Below are positions 1 through 11,406 of a stretch of 64,000 nt of DNA, piece by piece (position 1 is the stretch's first letter; the number at the start of each line of letters is the position of its first letter). The position numbers were made by a program, and so were the translations under genes. Below the pieces are notes generated by a model. It did not search any database. It worked only from the letters and a program-made list of their open reading frames with translations, and had not been told where the DNA came from. The DNA is from a virus, in the IMG/VR virus record IMGVR_UViG_3300045988_149572. One strand, 5' to 3'.

Positions 1-2
1 AG

Positions 3-3000
3 GCGGAACTCGACGCACAGAAAGCAGACGAGGAGGCGCGCCTTGAAGCGGAAAGAAAAGCAGAGGAGGAAGCGGTGGAGAAAGACGCGGAACTGAAAGA
101 GGATAAGAAAAAACCGCAATTGAAGGATGTGGTTAAAGCAATTTATGAGAAGGGAAAGTCGGCCGCTTCCAGATTATACAAAATGGCATTCTTCGATGTC
201 GCCAAGACACCTGACTTTATGAAGAAACTTGGGTTGACTGGAGACCGCTTCACAATCAAGTATGGGGTATTGTCGCGCCACGCAGGGAAAGATGATTCCC
301 ATTCGCTTACAGAGAAGCAGTGGGAGGAATTGCCTGATGCTTTGCAGAAGCCTTTTGCTATAACAAGATTCGGAGGAAAGGACAAAGGCTATCGTCTGTA
401 CACTACAATGAAGAACGAAAATGGCGAGACCATAGTCGTCGGTGTAGATGTGAAGAACGTAGGTCGTGATATGGAGGTGAATGCCATATCAACGATATTC
501 GGAAGGCGAGGTGACGCTAAAAAGACACAGAAAGAGGATGTGCTATATACCGCTGAAAACATTACTCCCGAACAGCGGTCACTTCTCGGTCAGCCCAATT
601 CTGACCAATATACCGGCGTTCGGGAGAGAAACGTTTCCACCGACAAAGGTAGCGAAAAGGCAGAGAAGAAGCAAAAGAAGCAGAGCGTTTTTGACAAGGC
701 TAAGGAGATTGCCGACAAGGAGGAGAAGAAACGCAAGGCTGAGGACAACTCGGTGCTCGGTCAAGCGACAAGAGCCGTGGGCAAGAAAAAGAAGGTCAAC
801 CTGTTCAAATATACGGCTTCAGAAAAAAACAGCAATTCTGCGCTGAGAGGAGTGCATTATGCCAACGGCTATGCGTATGCTTCTGATGGATACATCCTCT
901 TCAAGGAGAAAGCGGACTATCCCAAAGAGTGGGAAGGTACGACCAGAGACAAGGACGGCAATCTGATTGACGGGAAATATCCGGACGCGGAAAAGGCAAT
1001 ACCCAGATTGGTTCACATCCCCGACAAGGAGGTTGAGTCGTTGCCGTCAAAGGAGGTGCTTGACTTCGCCATCGCTGCAAGCAAGAAGTTGAAAGGAGAG
1101 GCAATACCTGTCGCAATTGACGGATTGTTCTTTAATGCAGTCAATCTGAAGAAGTTTCTTGAAGCGGTTGCATCCAAAGGAATGGACAAGGTTGTATACA
1201 GGCATCCTATGTTGTATGCCACCAACGGCAAGGATGAGATTGTAATGATGCCTACAGTGAATACATTGGAGGGCGCATTGGATATTGCCGACAGGATGGA
1301 AAGCGCAGGTTTGCCCAAAGAGCAGATTGATGCGTGGAAGGCACACATTGAAGCCGCTGATAAGAAAATGTCGTTTGAGGACTTCAAAAAAGCCGTTGAA
1401 AACGCCAAGAAGGAAGGTGTCAGACCTACGGAAGCTGACAAGCAGGAGAGTAAGGCGGAGGCTGAGAAGCAGAAAGTTGACAAGCAGGGGAATCCAATTG
1501 ACGCTGAAGGCAGACTGATAACTGAGAAAGTTGAAGACATCAGCGATTTGTCGGACGATGATTTCAACAATCCGAAACGTTCTGTGGAATTGCCTAAGAT
1601 ACCGAAGAATATAGATAACGCTCTCGGTGCGAACGGCAAGCCTGTTATTATCAAGAAGAATATATTCGAACGGAACAAGAACGCTCATTCAGACTTAACG
1701 GCAGAGCAGAGCCGAGAAATACTTAAAACAGCGCTGTACTCGGCTGATTTGTATGCTAAGAACCAAAAATCCAAGCGCCCGTTCAATTGGGTAATTATCA
1801 AAACAAAAGACCACGATGGTAAAAACAAACTTGTTCTCTTGGAAGTTAACGACAACAAGGACAATGTGGAAATTGTGCATTGGCACTATCTTGATGACCG
1901 AGGCCTTGAAAAAATAAAAAAGCAAGCCGAACGTGAGGGCGGGCAACTCCTCATACTGCCTTCCGAAAAAGAAGAGGCTGGCGCCCTTTCCAGCCGTACA
2001 TCCGACTTGCCTGCTGACAAAGGTAGCGAAGTCGGAGGAGAAAAGCAAGAGGCTGAGAAAAAAAGACCCGCTCCGCTATCGGAGCGGATAGAAGATGTCG
2101 GAGAGAAGATTGGCGATGCGAGGAAGGATGTCTGGAAGGAAATAATTGCCAGGATCAAGAATAAAAAACAAGGGATTGAAGAAGCGTTGAAGAAGAGCTC
2201 TGCGGGCAAGCTGTTCTCTTCGTTGTTTGACGAGAAGGAGTTGCTTGAAAGCGGTGTGTCGAATGAGGTTGTGACATTCATCTCAGCGGTAAAGGGCAGT
2301 CTTGGAACGAAACCGAGGTCTTTGTCCAAATTAAAGATGTGGATCAATAAAGTATTGCACCAATATGATATGTGCGAACAGGCATTGGAGAATTGGGAAT
2401 CCGTCAAGAAGAAGATTGACGAATGGAAGTACTATAGCCAACCGTTCTATATGTACCGCGCGGCAATGGCAGTCGGAGGATATGAAAGTGGACGTGATGT
2501 AGGCAACGCCGAATTGTGGCAGATTGCTGACGGGTATAGTGATGGAAAGTCCGTAGCCGGGCAATGGTGTGTCCGTAAAGCTGGAGCCTATGATGGAATT
2601 TATAAGACTTACGAGGAAGCAGCCGAGGCTCTGAAGAAATTCGCAGGAGAGAACGCTGCGGTTGACGGCAAAGGGAAACGCAAGGAAGTGAAACTTGCGA
2701 TATACAAAAGGCGGACGGACGGCACTATGTTCATAGCTCCAGAAGGAAAGCCGGATGTGATAATTCAGGATGGATTCAAGACTTTATACGAAGCATCTGC
2801 ATATAAGAAGGAGCATTATGCAGAGATGCAGGAGCGTTATCGGACGTTGATGGATGGCATCAAACCGAAATTCAACGAGAACAGGGAGCGCAAAGGGCGT
2901 GACTGGCGCGGCGGCAAGGATGTGTCGGCGGAGGATTTCCGGGAAGCGTTTGACTTCCGAGGAGTGGAGTTCGGCAACTGGATGCAGCAGAAGGACAGAC

Positions 3001-6000
3001 ACCAGGCGTTGAACGAATGCTACGACTCTCTTATGGACTTGGCGATGGTCTGTGGAGTGTCGCCGAAGGCGTTGTCGCTTGGAGGGAAGTTGGCAATGGC
3101 ATTCGGTGCGAGAGGAGGTGGAAAATTCAACGCTCATTACGAGCCGGATAAGGTTGTGATAAACCTTACAAAGACCAAAGGTGCAGGAAGCCTTGCGCAC
3201 GAATGGTTCCACGCCATTGACAATTATTTCAATATGCAAGGTTGGGACGAATTTGCCACAGAAAGCACGCGGAACGTTGAACGCAAGGAAATGGCTGAAG
3301 CGTGGAAGGATTTGGTGCGTGCGATAAACGGAAGTGATTATTTCAAGCGGTCAGACAAATACGCCCGTCTTAAAGGCTCCAGATATTGGATTGAACCGAC
3401 TGAGCTTGGAGCGAGAGCGTTTGCGGTGTGGGTTGAGAACAGACTGTCGAAGTACGGCACGATAAACGACTATCTCGCCAACAATCCACGTCTAGTGGAT
3501 GAGAAGGCAAGCGACGCAGAAAAGAAATATGCACCGTACCCATTCGACAAGGACGCTGACTGGATGGACGAGAAATTCGGCAGGTTGTTCGAGGTGATGC
3601 AGGAGCGTGTCGACGAGGAGACAGGTAAGCACATTCTGTACAGCAGAAATAAAGCTGCCGGGCACGAGAAGACGGAGTTGACAGCGGAGGAGCGGGAACT
3701 GAGGGACAACCTTGTGGAGCGTATGCGCAAGGGTGGACTTGACGTGGTGACTGATTCGGAAGAGATGCAAAGAGTCATAGACACCGAGAACGAGCGGACA
3801 AGGATGATGGGTGCCGGTTCAGTCCGTGAGCATCGTGTGTACCACGGCAGCGGAGCGGACTTCGATGCTTTCGACCACTCGCATATGGGCGAGGGAGAAG
3901 GTGCGCAGGCTTACGGCTGGGGTACTTATGTGACCGAGGTGGAAGGCATCGGCAGGACGTATGCTATTCAGAATACAACGAAGCACAACGATGCTTTACG
4001 TGCATTGCAACACGATGTAGATGCTATATCTGACCAACTTAACAGACACCGGGATGATTTGAAGTATGACGAAGAGCAGTTAAAACGTGCTAACGAATGG
4101 AGAGCCGAGGCAGAGCTTGACTATGAATTGTTCAAAGATGAAGCTGAGGAATTAAAGGAAAAATATGGAGAGTCTTCTCCTAAATACCGAAATCATCTGT
4201 TTAATGACATCTATACAGATGAAATGAAACGTGCTCAAAGTTCAGTTAAGAGTATGGAAGAGTCAATCCAGTATCGCAAGGAGAAAATCGCAGAGCTGGA
4301 AAAGGCATTAAAGGATAAGCAAGCGGAGATTGATGAACTGCCGAAGGAGTTTCCACGCCACCTTTACACTGTAGAAATCCCCGATGACAACGGCAGCAAC
4401 TATCTGGATTGGAATGGCCACCCTGCTGAATCTTTACTGAAAGATGTAGGTTCGTTTTTGGAGAGTGAAGGCTTTGAGAGGGTACAGGATAACCCTGTCA
4501 GATATGAGAAAGGCGAAAGCACCGTTGTTTTGAACCCAAATGCGACTGGAGCTGATTTGTATGCGGAATTGCGTGAGGTTCTTGGCAGCGACAAGAAAGC
4601 GTCACAAGCATTGGCAGAGTTAGGCTGTATTGGCATCAAATATCCTGCTGACAATATGCGTGGTGGCCGTGAGGATGGCGCAAAGAACTACGTTATCTTC
4701 AACGAGAATGATGCGAAGATAACCGACCATACACGCTTTCTGCGTACTGCGGACGGAGAGGTGTACGGCTTGGTGAAGGACGGACGCATATACCTTGACC
4801 CAAAGGTGGCTACAGCGGAGACTGCGGTACACGAATACACGCATCTGTGGGGCGATATGCTGAGGCGCAAGGACTCCGAGCAATGGAGCCACACGGTGAA
4901 GGAACTGAAGAACAGCGTTCTTTGGGAGGAAGTGAAGGAGTTGTATCCGGAGCTGAAGACCGATGACGAGATAGCGGACGAAGTGTTGTCGACGTTCAGC
5001 GGACGCAGAGGAGCGGAACGCTTGCGCGAGGAGGCACGCAGGGTTGCCGATGGCGAGGGCGGAGTGTTCACAAAGGCGAAGGCTATCGAGACGTTGGAGC
5101 GAGTGAAGGAAGCCATAGCGCGGTTCTGGGAAGGCGTGGCGAGGATGTTCGGCATCAACCGCTACCGCAGTGCCGAGGAGTTGGCTGATATGGCAATGAA
5201 GGACTTGCTTGATGGTGTAGACCCAAGAAAGATGGGTAACAACGAGAAAGGCATTGGATTCAGTGCAAAACAAAAAAGAGCACTTGAAACCGTAACGATG
5301 GCAGACAAATCCACCAATAAAGCCACTGCCATTTCAAGTGCTGATGGCGCAAAGGTACAAAATAATCTTGAAATACTTGCTGAAAGCTACAACAATCGTT
5401 CCAATAAAACCAAAGGGTTCATAACGGACTTGTCTCAAGCTCTAAACTTGGAGCGACATGAAGCAAGTCATTATGGTACATTTGAGACGCAGAAAGGTAA
5501 GTTGGTTACTATCCGTGTGAGCAATCACAATGCACGTGTTTCATTATTTGACAAGAATGGCGAGAATGATGGCATTAGTATTGTTATATCAAATCATAAG
5601 AACAAGGGACTTTTGAACGATGGCAATGCCCATATTATAGAATTCTTCTACTCCAAACAATCACTTCAAAGAGCCGATGGTAAACCATTGTCGGATATAA
5701 TCCGTTCTGTTTCCGAAGTTTTGTATAGTGGTGAGTTTAAGGACACGACAGGTCTTGCTGAGCGGCAGGAGGTGAACGGTGATGATGTGATTCGCTTCCA
5801 GTTCATCGGTGAGAAGGGTGCTGCGGAAGCCGACCATGCCGAGGAGGTTTTTGCAAACGAAAATGTAGAGCGCAGTGTAAGAGAGAATCCTAAAAGCGAG
5901 GAGCCACGCTTCAGCAGAAAGCCGGGCGAGAGCATCTTCGACTATGCGTCACGTGTGTCGGAAGACGGCTTGCTATTCCGAGATGGTGGTACTGAGTACG

Positions 6001-9000
6001 ATTTCCCAGGCGAAGACGACGCTCAGAAACTTTACAACGCTGCGGTTGACGGCAGAAAGTCGAGGGCAATAGAATCGTGGCAGGATGAGATGTTCCCCGT
6101 GAAGATGCTCCAAGAGGCGATTGAGAAAGCCACGGGCGAGAAGATAGCCGACTTCGAGAACGCATATCTGTTAGAGAATCAACTCGGCTCGGCAGGAAAC
6201 GCAACGTTGGAGAAGTATGCGAGAGAGGTTCAGAATCCAATGCGCAAGGTGTATCTTGACATGCTCAAAGCCAAGTTTGATGGAGGGAGCAAAGTTACAA
6301 AGTCGGACATCAACAAGTATGTGATAGCGGTTCACGGATTGGAACGCAATAAGTATATGGCGGATAAGAACAAGGGGTTGCCCGATGCTCGCAGGGACTA
6401 TTCCGGTTTTACCGCATTGTTCGGCAATGGAGAGCAAGTAGAGGTTGAAGAACTTGAACGTAGAGCGGAAGAATATATCGGGAAGTTTGAGGATGCAGTG
6501 GGTAAAGACAAAGCGGATAAGCTATGGTCGCTTGTGGATGAATCAAGACAACGCACGTTGGACGAACTTGTGAGGTCAGGCTTGGTAAGCGGCGATGTCG
6601 CAGATGAATGGTTGCGTCGCTTCGAGCACTATGTCCCGTTGCAAGGCTTCTCAGAGGAGGTTATAGGAGAGGACAGAAACGCTAATTTCGAAAACCACAT
6701 CACGGGGCGTATGTCCGAGGCAAGAGACCCTTTGGCAACACTCGTGAATATGGAGTATGTTGCTGTAACGAGCGGCAATCACAACAGAGTGAAACAGGCT
6801 CTTTACAACCTTGCGCTCAACCATAGAACAAACCTTCTCTCTGTAATGCCGATGTTCTCTGTAAAGAATCCAATTACTGGTGAATGGGAGGATGCGGTTC
6901 CGCAGATTGATGAAACGATGTCACCGATTGAGAGACAACGGGAGGTTGATAAGTTTATCAAGCAGATGCGCGTACGTATGCGCGAGGAGAAAGACCTTCC
7001 AGAATCGGACAAAACTGTCAAGGATGCAAGAAAGGTAAGCGTTGGTAGTAAAGTATTGCCTAAAGCTATGCCAGACTTTATTGTGAGGATGAAAGTCAAC
7101 GGCAGACAATATGCGGTTGTCCTCAATGGCAATCCAAGAGCTGCGCAGGCTATAAATGGACGGTTGAAGGAACACCCCAACAAGGCATTGCAGAAGATAA
7201 GCGGAGTGACGAGGTTTATGTCAGCTGCGGTTACTGCTTGGAATGCTGCGTTTATGTTAAGCAACTTTGCAAGGGATGTGCAAGCGGCGAACGCTTTTGC
7301 TTATTCCAACGAGGGAGCAAAATATGCGGCTATGATGGATGCTGAAATCCATAAAAATATGTCGTTGACTTCATTGGGCAGAGATTTGTTTGGGATGAAA
7401 AATAAAGGTATTTATAAGTTATATTATAAATACAGACACAATCAGCTTGACATGAGTAATGAACGGGAAAGATTCTTCAAAGAGTTTGTTGACAATGGAG
7501 GTGAGACCGGGTACACACAGATGGTTGACATTGATAAAATCGCCAAACAGATGCAGAAAGATGAATTTTCTGCAATCAAAGCGATTAAATCGGTCGGCAA
7601 GTTCATTGAATTGGCAAACAAGGGCTTTGAGAACGCGACACGTTTCGCAGCGTATGCAACAAGCCGAAAAATGGGTAAGTCTGTTATGCAGAGCATTAAC
7701 GACGCAAAAGAGATAAGCGTCAATTTCAACAGACACGGAAATGGGCGGAACGGATATGTCATCGCCAAATCGTTGTATCAATTCTTGAATCCTACAATAC
7801 AAGGATTGGAGAAACAATTGCGTACAATAAAAGAACACCCATTAGAGGGCACAGCCGTGTTAATTGCGACACCGATTGCAATAGGATTTGCCATCCCGCT
7901 TGTAAATATCGGATTGGCTATGTTGTCGGGCGGAGGTGACGATGACAAAAAATACTATTGGTCACTTAGCGATTGGACACGCAGAAACAATCTCATTATT
8001 GGTGTGAATGGTAAATTTATAAAAATTCCGTTGCCACCAGAGTTGAGGGTGTTTTATGGAATTGGAGAGATGATTGCGTCGAAGATGAGCAACCCATATG
8101 ACAAGACGAATCTTTTGACTGAAATCCCGAAGCATATCAGTGAAACATTGCCGTTCAATGACACAAACAGTACATTTCCATCGTTTGTTAAACCATTTAT
8201 TGAATCAGAGGTTACAGACAAGGATTTTATGGGCAGAAAGATTACTGGGCGTTCTGACTATAACACCCAAGACCCGGAATGGAAACGGGCGGGCTACAAC
8301 ACAGACGATGAGTATATAGCCGCCGCCAAATGGTGGCACAGCCTGTTTACCGACAACGACAATGAGAGAGGCTCGTGGTTTGCGGAAATCAACCCATCAG
8401 TAGCAGAACATCTTATCAAGGGTTATACAGGAGGAATTGGAAGTATAGTAGGACAAGTGTACACAACGGTAAAGGCAATAGCCAAAGGCAATGAAAAAGA
8501 TTATTCTGATTCAAGAAATTGGCCTATTGTCAACAGAGTTTATGTCCAGACCACCAAAGAAGATGCAGTGAAAAAAACTACAAATACCGCTTATCGTTTC
8601 TATCAAGACAATTACAAAAACTATGAGCATACGTTTAAAGAAACTCTTAAAGATGAAAAATCCGGTATATTCCAAAAGGCTCAAAGAATTTCAAATATGG
8701 TTGAGACTTCGGAATACAAGCGGTACAGAATGACAGAGCCATTTATAAAAGCAGACAAACTTCTTTGGGATGAAATAAAGGCACTCAAAGAGACAGATGA
8801 CAAAGAATCGCTTGAGTGGATTGAAAAAGAACAGACTCGGCTTAGGAGTGTTCTTGTAGAAGCCTCTGAAAAATTTGATATTTATGACAACGCAGGACTT
8901 ACGTACAAACTGGACAGAATGTCAAAGCCAGGTGCTTATAAATCGGATTTGAAGATTGATGTAAAATCAGCACCAAATAAGGATATGCGTAAATTCGCAA

Positions 9001-9089
9001 AAGAGTACAATGTCAAGATCGGCAAATACAAACAACAAACCTATAAAGATGAACAAGAAATAAAGAAACATATTCGTGTTAATAAATAA
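3..9089 (+). CDS. giant polyvalent MuF-like virion protein, C-terminal 3029 codons (5' end runs off the window)
   Basis: Frame 3 is open from base 3; the ORF track starts at GTG 75 only because it needs a start codon. Zincin motifs HEWFH (3198-3212) and HEYTH (4830-4844). Two barnase/EndoU/RelE-like (MuF-C type) segments (~240-510, ~1680-2000). DnaN-motif-like segment (~830-1280). Hydrophobic stretch 7843-7935. Lies directly upstream of portal. Confidence 0.8.
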   Translation, partial: AELDAQKADEEARLEAERKAEEEAVEKDAELKEDKKKPQLKDVVKAIYEKGKSAASRLYKMAFFDVAKTPDFMKKLGLTGDRFTIKYGVLSRHAGKDDSHSLTEKQWEELPDALQKPFAITRFGGKDKGYRLYTTMKNENGETIVVGVDVKNVGRDMEVNAISTIFGRRGDAKKTQKEDVLYTAENITPEQRSLLGQPNSDQYTGVRERNVSTDKGSEKAEKKQKKQSVFDKAKEIADKEEKKRKAEDNSVLGQATRAVGKKKKVNLFKYTASEKNSNSALRGVHYANGYAYASDGYILFKEKADYPKEWEGTTRDKDGNLIDGKYPDAEKAIPRLVHIPDKEVESLPSKEVLDFAIAASKKLKGEAIPVAIDGLFFNAVNLKKFLEAVASKGMDKVVYRHPMLYATNGKDEIVMMPTVNTLEGALDIADRMESAGLPKEQIDAWKAHIEAADKKMSFEDFKKAVENAKKEGVRPTEADKQESKAEAEKQKVDKQGNPIDAEGRLITEKVEDISDLSDDDFNNPKRSVELPKIPKNIDNALGANGKPVIIKKNIFERNKNAHSDLTAEQSREILKTALYSADLYAKNQKSKRPFNWVIIKTKDHDGKNKLVLLEVNDNKDNVEIVHWHYLDDRGLEKIKKQAEREGGQLLILPSEKEEAGALSSRTSDLPADKGSEVGGEKQEAEKKRPAPLSERIEDVGEKIGDARKDVWKEIIARIKNKKQGIEEALKKSSAGKLFSSLFDEKELLESGVSNEVVTFISAVKGSLGTKPRSLSKLKMWINKVLHQYDMCEQALENWESVKKKIDEWKYYSQPFYMYRAAMAVGGYESGRDVGNAELWQIADGYSDGKSVAGQWCVRKAGAYDGIYKTYEEAAEALKKFAGENAAVDGKGKRKEVKLAIYKRRTDGTMFIAPEGKPDVIIQDGFKTLYEASAYKKEHYAEMQERYRTLMDGIKPKFNENRERKGRDWRGGKDVSAEDFREAFDFRGVEFGNWMQQKDRHQALNECYDSLMDLAMVCGVSPKALSLGGKLAMAFGARGGGKFNAHYEPDKVVINLTKTKGAGSLAHEWFHAIDNYFNMQGWDEFATESTRNVERKEMAEAWKDLVRAINGSDYFKRSDKYARLKGSRYWIEPTELGARAFAVWVENRLSKYGTINDYLANNPRLVDEKASDAEKKYAPYPFDKDADWMDEKFGRLFEVMQERVDEETGKHILYSRNKAAGHEKTELTAEERELRDNLVERMRKGGLDVVTDSEEMQRVIDTENERTRMMGAGSVREHRVYHGSGADFDAFDHSHMGEGEGAQAYGWGTYVTEVEGIGRTYAIQNTTKHNDALRALQHDVDAISDQLNRHRDDLKYDEEQLKRANEWRAEAELDYELFKDEAEELKEKYGESSPKYRNHLFNDIYTDEMKRAQSSVKSMEESIQYRKEKIAELEKALKDKQAEIDELPKEFPRHLYTVEIPDDNGSNYLDWNGHPAESLLKDVGSFLESEGFERVQDNPVRYEKGESTVVLNPNATGADLYAELREVLGSDKKASQALAELGCIGIKYPADNMRGGREDGAKNYVIFNENDAKITDHTRFLRTADGEVYGLVKDGRIYLDPKVATAETAVHEYTHLWGDMLRRKDSEQWSHTVKELKNSVLWEEVKELYPELKTDDEIADEVLSTFSGRRGAERLREEARRVADGEGGVFTKAKAIETLERVKEAIARFWEGVARMFGINRYRSAEELADMAMKDLLDGVDPRKMGNNEKGIGFSAKQKRALETVTMADKSTNKATAISSADGAKVQNNLEILAESYNNRSNKTKGFITDLSQALNLERHEASHYGTFETQKGKLVTIRVSNHNARVSLFDKNGENDGISIVISNHKNKGLLNDGNAHIIEFFYSKQSLQRADGKPLSDIIRSVSEVLYSGEFKDTTGLAERQEVNGDDVIRFQFIGEKGAAEADHAEEVFANENVERSVRENPKSEEPRFSRKPGESIFDYASRVSEDGLLFRDGGTEYDFPGEDDAQKLYNAAVDGRKSRAIESWQDEMFPVKMLQEAIEKATGEKIADFENAYLLENQLGSAGNATLEKYAREVQNPMRKVYLDMLKAKFDGGSKVTKSDINKYVIAVHGLERNKYMADKNKGLPDARRDYSGFTALFGNGEQVEVEELERRAEEYIGKFEDAVGKDKADKLWSLVDESRQRTLDELVRSGLVSGDVADEWLRRFEHYVPLQGFSEEVIGEDRNANFENHITGRMSEARDPLATLVNMEYVAVTSGNHNRVKQALYNLALNHRTNLLSVMPMFSVKNPITGEWEDAVPQIDETMSPIERQREVDKFIKQMRVRMREEKDLPESDKTVKDARKVSVGSKVLPKAMPDFIVRMKVNGRQYAVVLNGNPRAAQAINGRLKEHPNKALQKISGVTRFMSAAVTAWNAAFMLSNFARDVQAANAFAYSNEGAKYAAMMDAEIHKNMSLTSLGRDLFGMKNKGIYKLYYKYRHNQLDMSNERERFFKEFVDNGGETGYTQMVDIDKIAKQMQKDEFSAIKAIKSVGKFIELANKGFENATRFAAYATSRKMGKSVMQSINDAKEISVNFNRHGNGRNGYVIAKSLYQFLNPTIQGLEKQLRTIKEHPLEGTAVLIATPIAIGFAIPLVNIGLAMLSGGGDDDKKYYWSLSDWTRRNNLIIGVNGKFIKIPLPPELRVFYGIGEMIASKMSNPYDKTNLLTEIPKHISETLPFNDTNSTFPSFVKPFIESEVTDKDFMGRKITGRSDYNTQDPEWKRAGYNTDDEYIAAAKWWHSLFTDNDNERGSWFAEINPSVAEHLIKGYTGGIGSIVGQVYTTVKAIAKGNEKDYSDSRNWPIVNRVYVQTTKEDAVKKTTNTAYRFYQDNYKNYEHTFKETLKDEKSGIFQKAQRISNMVETSEYKRYRMTEPFIKADKLLWDEIKALKETDDKESLEWIEKEQTRLRSVLVEASEKFDIYDNAGLTYKLDRMSKPGAYKSDLKIDVKSAPNKDMRKFAKEYNVKIGKYKQQTYKDEQEIKKHIRVNK

Positions 9090-9105
9090 AGGTGCATAAC
9101 TGATT

Positions 9106-11097
9106 GTGTTCTATAACTTTGAGGATATGATAAAGGTTAACAAGAATAGAATGGTACCGTTGTCTCGGCTTACTCAAAGAGAGCGAGCCGAGATGGACAC
9201 GGTCAAGTTTGACAACAAGTTCAACGATGACCGCAAAGCGACAGACATCCTTTTCCTTGCGAAGAACTATTGGGATGCTATGAGCAAGTTCCGCAAAGAC
9301 CGGAAGCGCAACAAAGATTACAATTACGGCAACCAATGGGGCGACAAGGTGGTAGTGGACGGCAAGGCGATGACCGAGGAGGAGTATATCATAAAACAAG
9401 GCGGCACACCGCTGAAGTCCAATCTTATCCGCAGGCTTGTGCGCAACGTGCTTGGAGTGTACCGCACTCAGACCAAGGAGCCAATGTGTGTAGCTCGAGA
9501 CCGAGACGAGCAGACGCTCGGAGAAACAATGTCGACCATACTCCAGTACAATTGGCAGTTGAACCATATGTCGGAGATAAATGCGAGGTCGTATGAGGAT
9601 TTCCTCATAGGCGGTCTCGTTGTGCATAAGAAAACGTTCGGGTGGCGCAACGGCAAGTGCGACTGCTGGACAGACTATGTCAATCCGGACAATTTCTTTG
9701 TTGACAACAGAGTCACCGACTTCCGCAGTTGGGATACGCAGGTAATAGGCGAGATACACGACTATTCGTTCGAAGATGTGTGCCGAGAGTTCTCACATTC
9801 ACCGGAAGACTATGCGGCGTTGCGAGGAATCTACGCACAGGCGCACAATGCCAAGTACTATTCCATAGACACGTCATATACTTTCGGATCGAAGAGGGAA
9901 GGAGACCTTGACTTCTTCATCCCCCAAGACCCTAACCTATGCCGTGTCATAGAGGTTTGGAACAAGGAGATGAAACCACGCTTCCGGTGTCATGACTATA
10001 TGACGGGAGACTACTACAAGATAGACGAGGAAGACTATAAAGAGTTTGTCTTGGACGAGAACCAACGCAGAAAGGAACAGGGTATGGCACAGGGCATCGA
10101 GGAGGACGACATCCCTACCATTGAGGCTGAATGGTTTATGGATGACTATTGGTATTACAGATTCCTCACCCCTTTCGGTCACATATTGCAGGAAGGCGAG
10201 ACACCCTACAAACATCATTCCCATCCGTATGTATACAAGGCATATCCTTTGATTGACGGAGAGATTCACTCGTTTGTCAGCGATGTCATAGACCAGCAGA
10301 AATACGTTAACAGACTGATAACGCTGAACGACCTTGTCATACGCAGCAGTGCCAAAGGAGTTGTCCTCTTCCCCGAGGAAGCAAAGCCTGACGGAGTAAC
10401 TTGGCGAGAGTTGCAGGAGACGTGGGCGAGAGCGGACGGCTTTATGGTGTACAACGGCAAGAGCGGCACAGCACCGAGACAAATGAGCAGCAACAACACC
10501 AACGTAGGCATCCAAGAGTTGTTGTCGTTGCAGTTGAAGTTCTTCGAGGACATCAGCGGTGTCAACGGAGCGTTGCAAGGCAAGCCGGGCTATTCGGGGA
10601 TGTCGGGAACGTTGTATGCGCAACAGACACAGAACGCCACCACATCGCTTGTGGACTTGCTTGAGACATTCTCATCGTTCGTGGTGCAGTCGGCATACAA
10701 GGACGTGAAGAATATGCAGCAGTTCTACGACACCAAGAAAAAGGTGAACATTGCAGGACGCAGTGGCGGAGCGGTGGTCTACGACCCTGAGAAGATAAAC
10801 AACATAGAGTTTGACCTTTCCATTGTCGAAAGCACGCAGACACCTGTCGTGCGTCAGATGGCGAACGACTTCCTTATGCAGATATGGCAGTCCGGTCAGA
10901 TTACATTGGAGCAGTTGTTGGAGGCTGGCAATTTCCCATTTGCCGACAGTCTGTTGCAGCAAATCAAGACACAAGGACAGGCGATAGCGCAAGGACAGCA
11001 ACCACAGCCGTTGTCGGCAGACGTGCAGCAACAAGTACAGCGGCAGGCGAACCAAGCCGCTGTACAGCAGATGCAGACTATAATGCAGAGATCCTAA
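9106..11097 (+). CDS. portal protein
   Basis: 663-aa ORF between the MuF-type giant gene and a convergent terminase. Gly-rich loop ISGVNGALQGKPGYSGMSG and a Q-rich C-terminal tail are typical of portals. Start may be GTG 9106 or ATG 9127. Confidence 0.7.
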   Translation: MFYNFEDMIKVNKNRMVPLSRLTQRERAEMDTVKFDNKFNDDRKATDILFLAKNYWDAMSKFRKDRKRNKDYNYGNQWGDKVVVDGKAMTEEEYIIKQGGTPLKSNLIRRLVRNVLGVYRTQTKEPMCVARDRDEQTLGETMSTILQYNWQLNHMSEINARSYEDFLIGGLVVHKKTFGWRNGKCDCWTDYVNPDNFFVDNRVTDFRSWDTQVIGEIHDYSFEDVCREFSHSPEDYAALRGIYAQAHNAKYYSIDTSYTFGSKREGDLDFFIPQDPNLCRVIEVWNKEMKPRFRCHDYMTGDYYKIDEEDYKEFVLDENQRRKEQGMAQGIEEDDIPTIEAEWFMDDYWYYRFLTPFGHILQEGETPYKHHSHPYVYKAYPLIDGEIHSFVSDVIDQQKYVNRLITLNDLVIRSSAKGVVLFPEEAKPDGVTWRELQETWARADGFMVYNGKSGTAPRQMSSNNTNVGIQELLSLQLKFFEDISGVNGALQGKPGYSGMSGTLYAQQTQNATTSLVDLLETFSSFVVQSAYKDVKNMQQFYDTKKKVNIAGRSGGAVVYDPEKINNIEFDLSIVESTQTPVVRQMANDFLMQIWQSGQITLEQLLEAGNFPFADSLLQQIKTQGQAIAQGQQPQPLSADVQQQVQRQANQAAVQQMQTIMQRS

Positions 11098-11405
11098 CGC
11101 TTGGTGAACCAATCGAGGAATGCGGAATGTTTAAGGGCGATGATGTCGGCAGGCATCTCGCCCTTTCCGTTCCTATAGGGGGTGCAATAGAAACACGCCC
11201 TTTGCATATCGGCAACGGACGCATCTTTAGGTATGTAGTTTTTCCGTTTGAGGATCCTGAAGTTGCGTCTGTCAACAACGACAAGTCTGCTATCCTCAGA
11301 CGGCATCACATAATAACGCTCACCATTTTCACTATGAGCGTTGTCCGCGTTTCTTACGGCAAGAGAATACACAATCTCAGCCTTGATTTTCTTGAAAATA
11401 TTCAT
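11094..11405 (-). CDS. hypothetical protein (last gene of packaging operon)
   Basis: 103-aa ORF beginning 1 nt after the TerL stop on the same strand. The overlapping + strand ORF 10884-11429 looks like read-through noise. Confidence 0.5.
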   Translation of the reverse strand: MNIFKKIKAEIVYSLAVRNADNAHSENGERYYVMPSEDSRLVVVDRRNFRILKRKNYIPKDASVADMQRACFYCTPYRNGKGEMPADIIALKHSAFLDWFTKR

Positions 11406-11406
11406 A

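Noticed and set aside
1013-7838. Numerous 60-220-aa ORFs on both strands inside 75-9089
   Set aside because: They are embedded in, or antisense to, the 3004-aa ORF, which has multiple recognisable domains.
9079-10623. Minus-strand ORFs 9079-9759 and 9937-10623 (226 and 228 aa)
   Set aside because: Both are antisense shadows of the portal gene, with no independent support.
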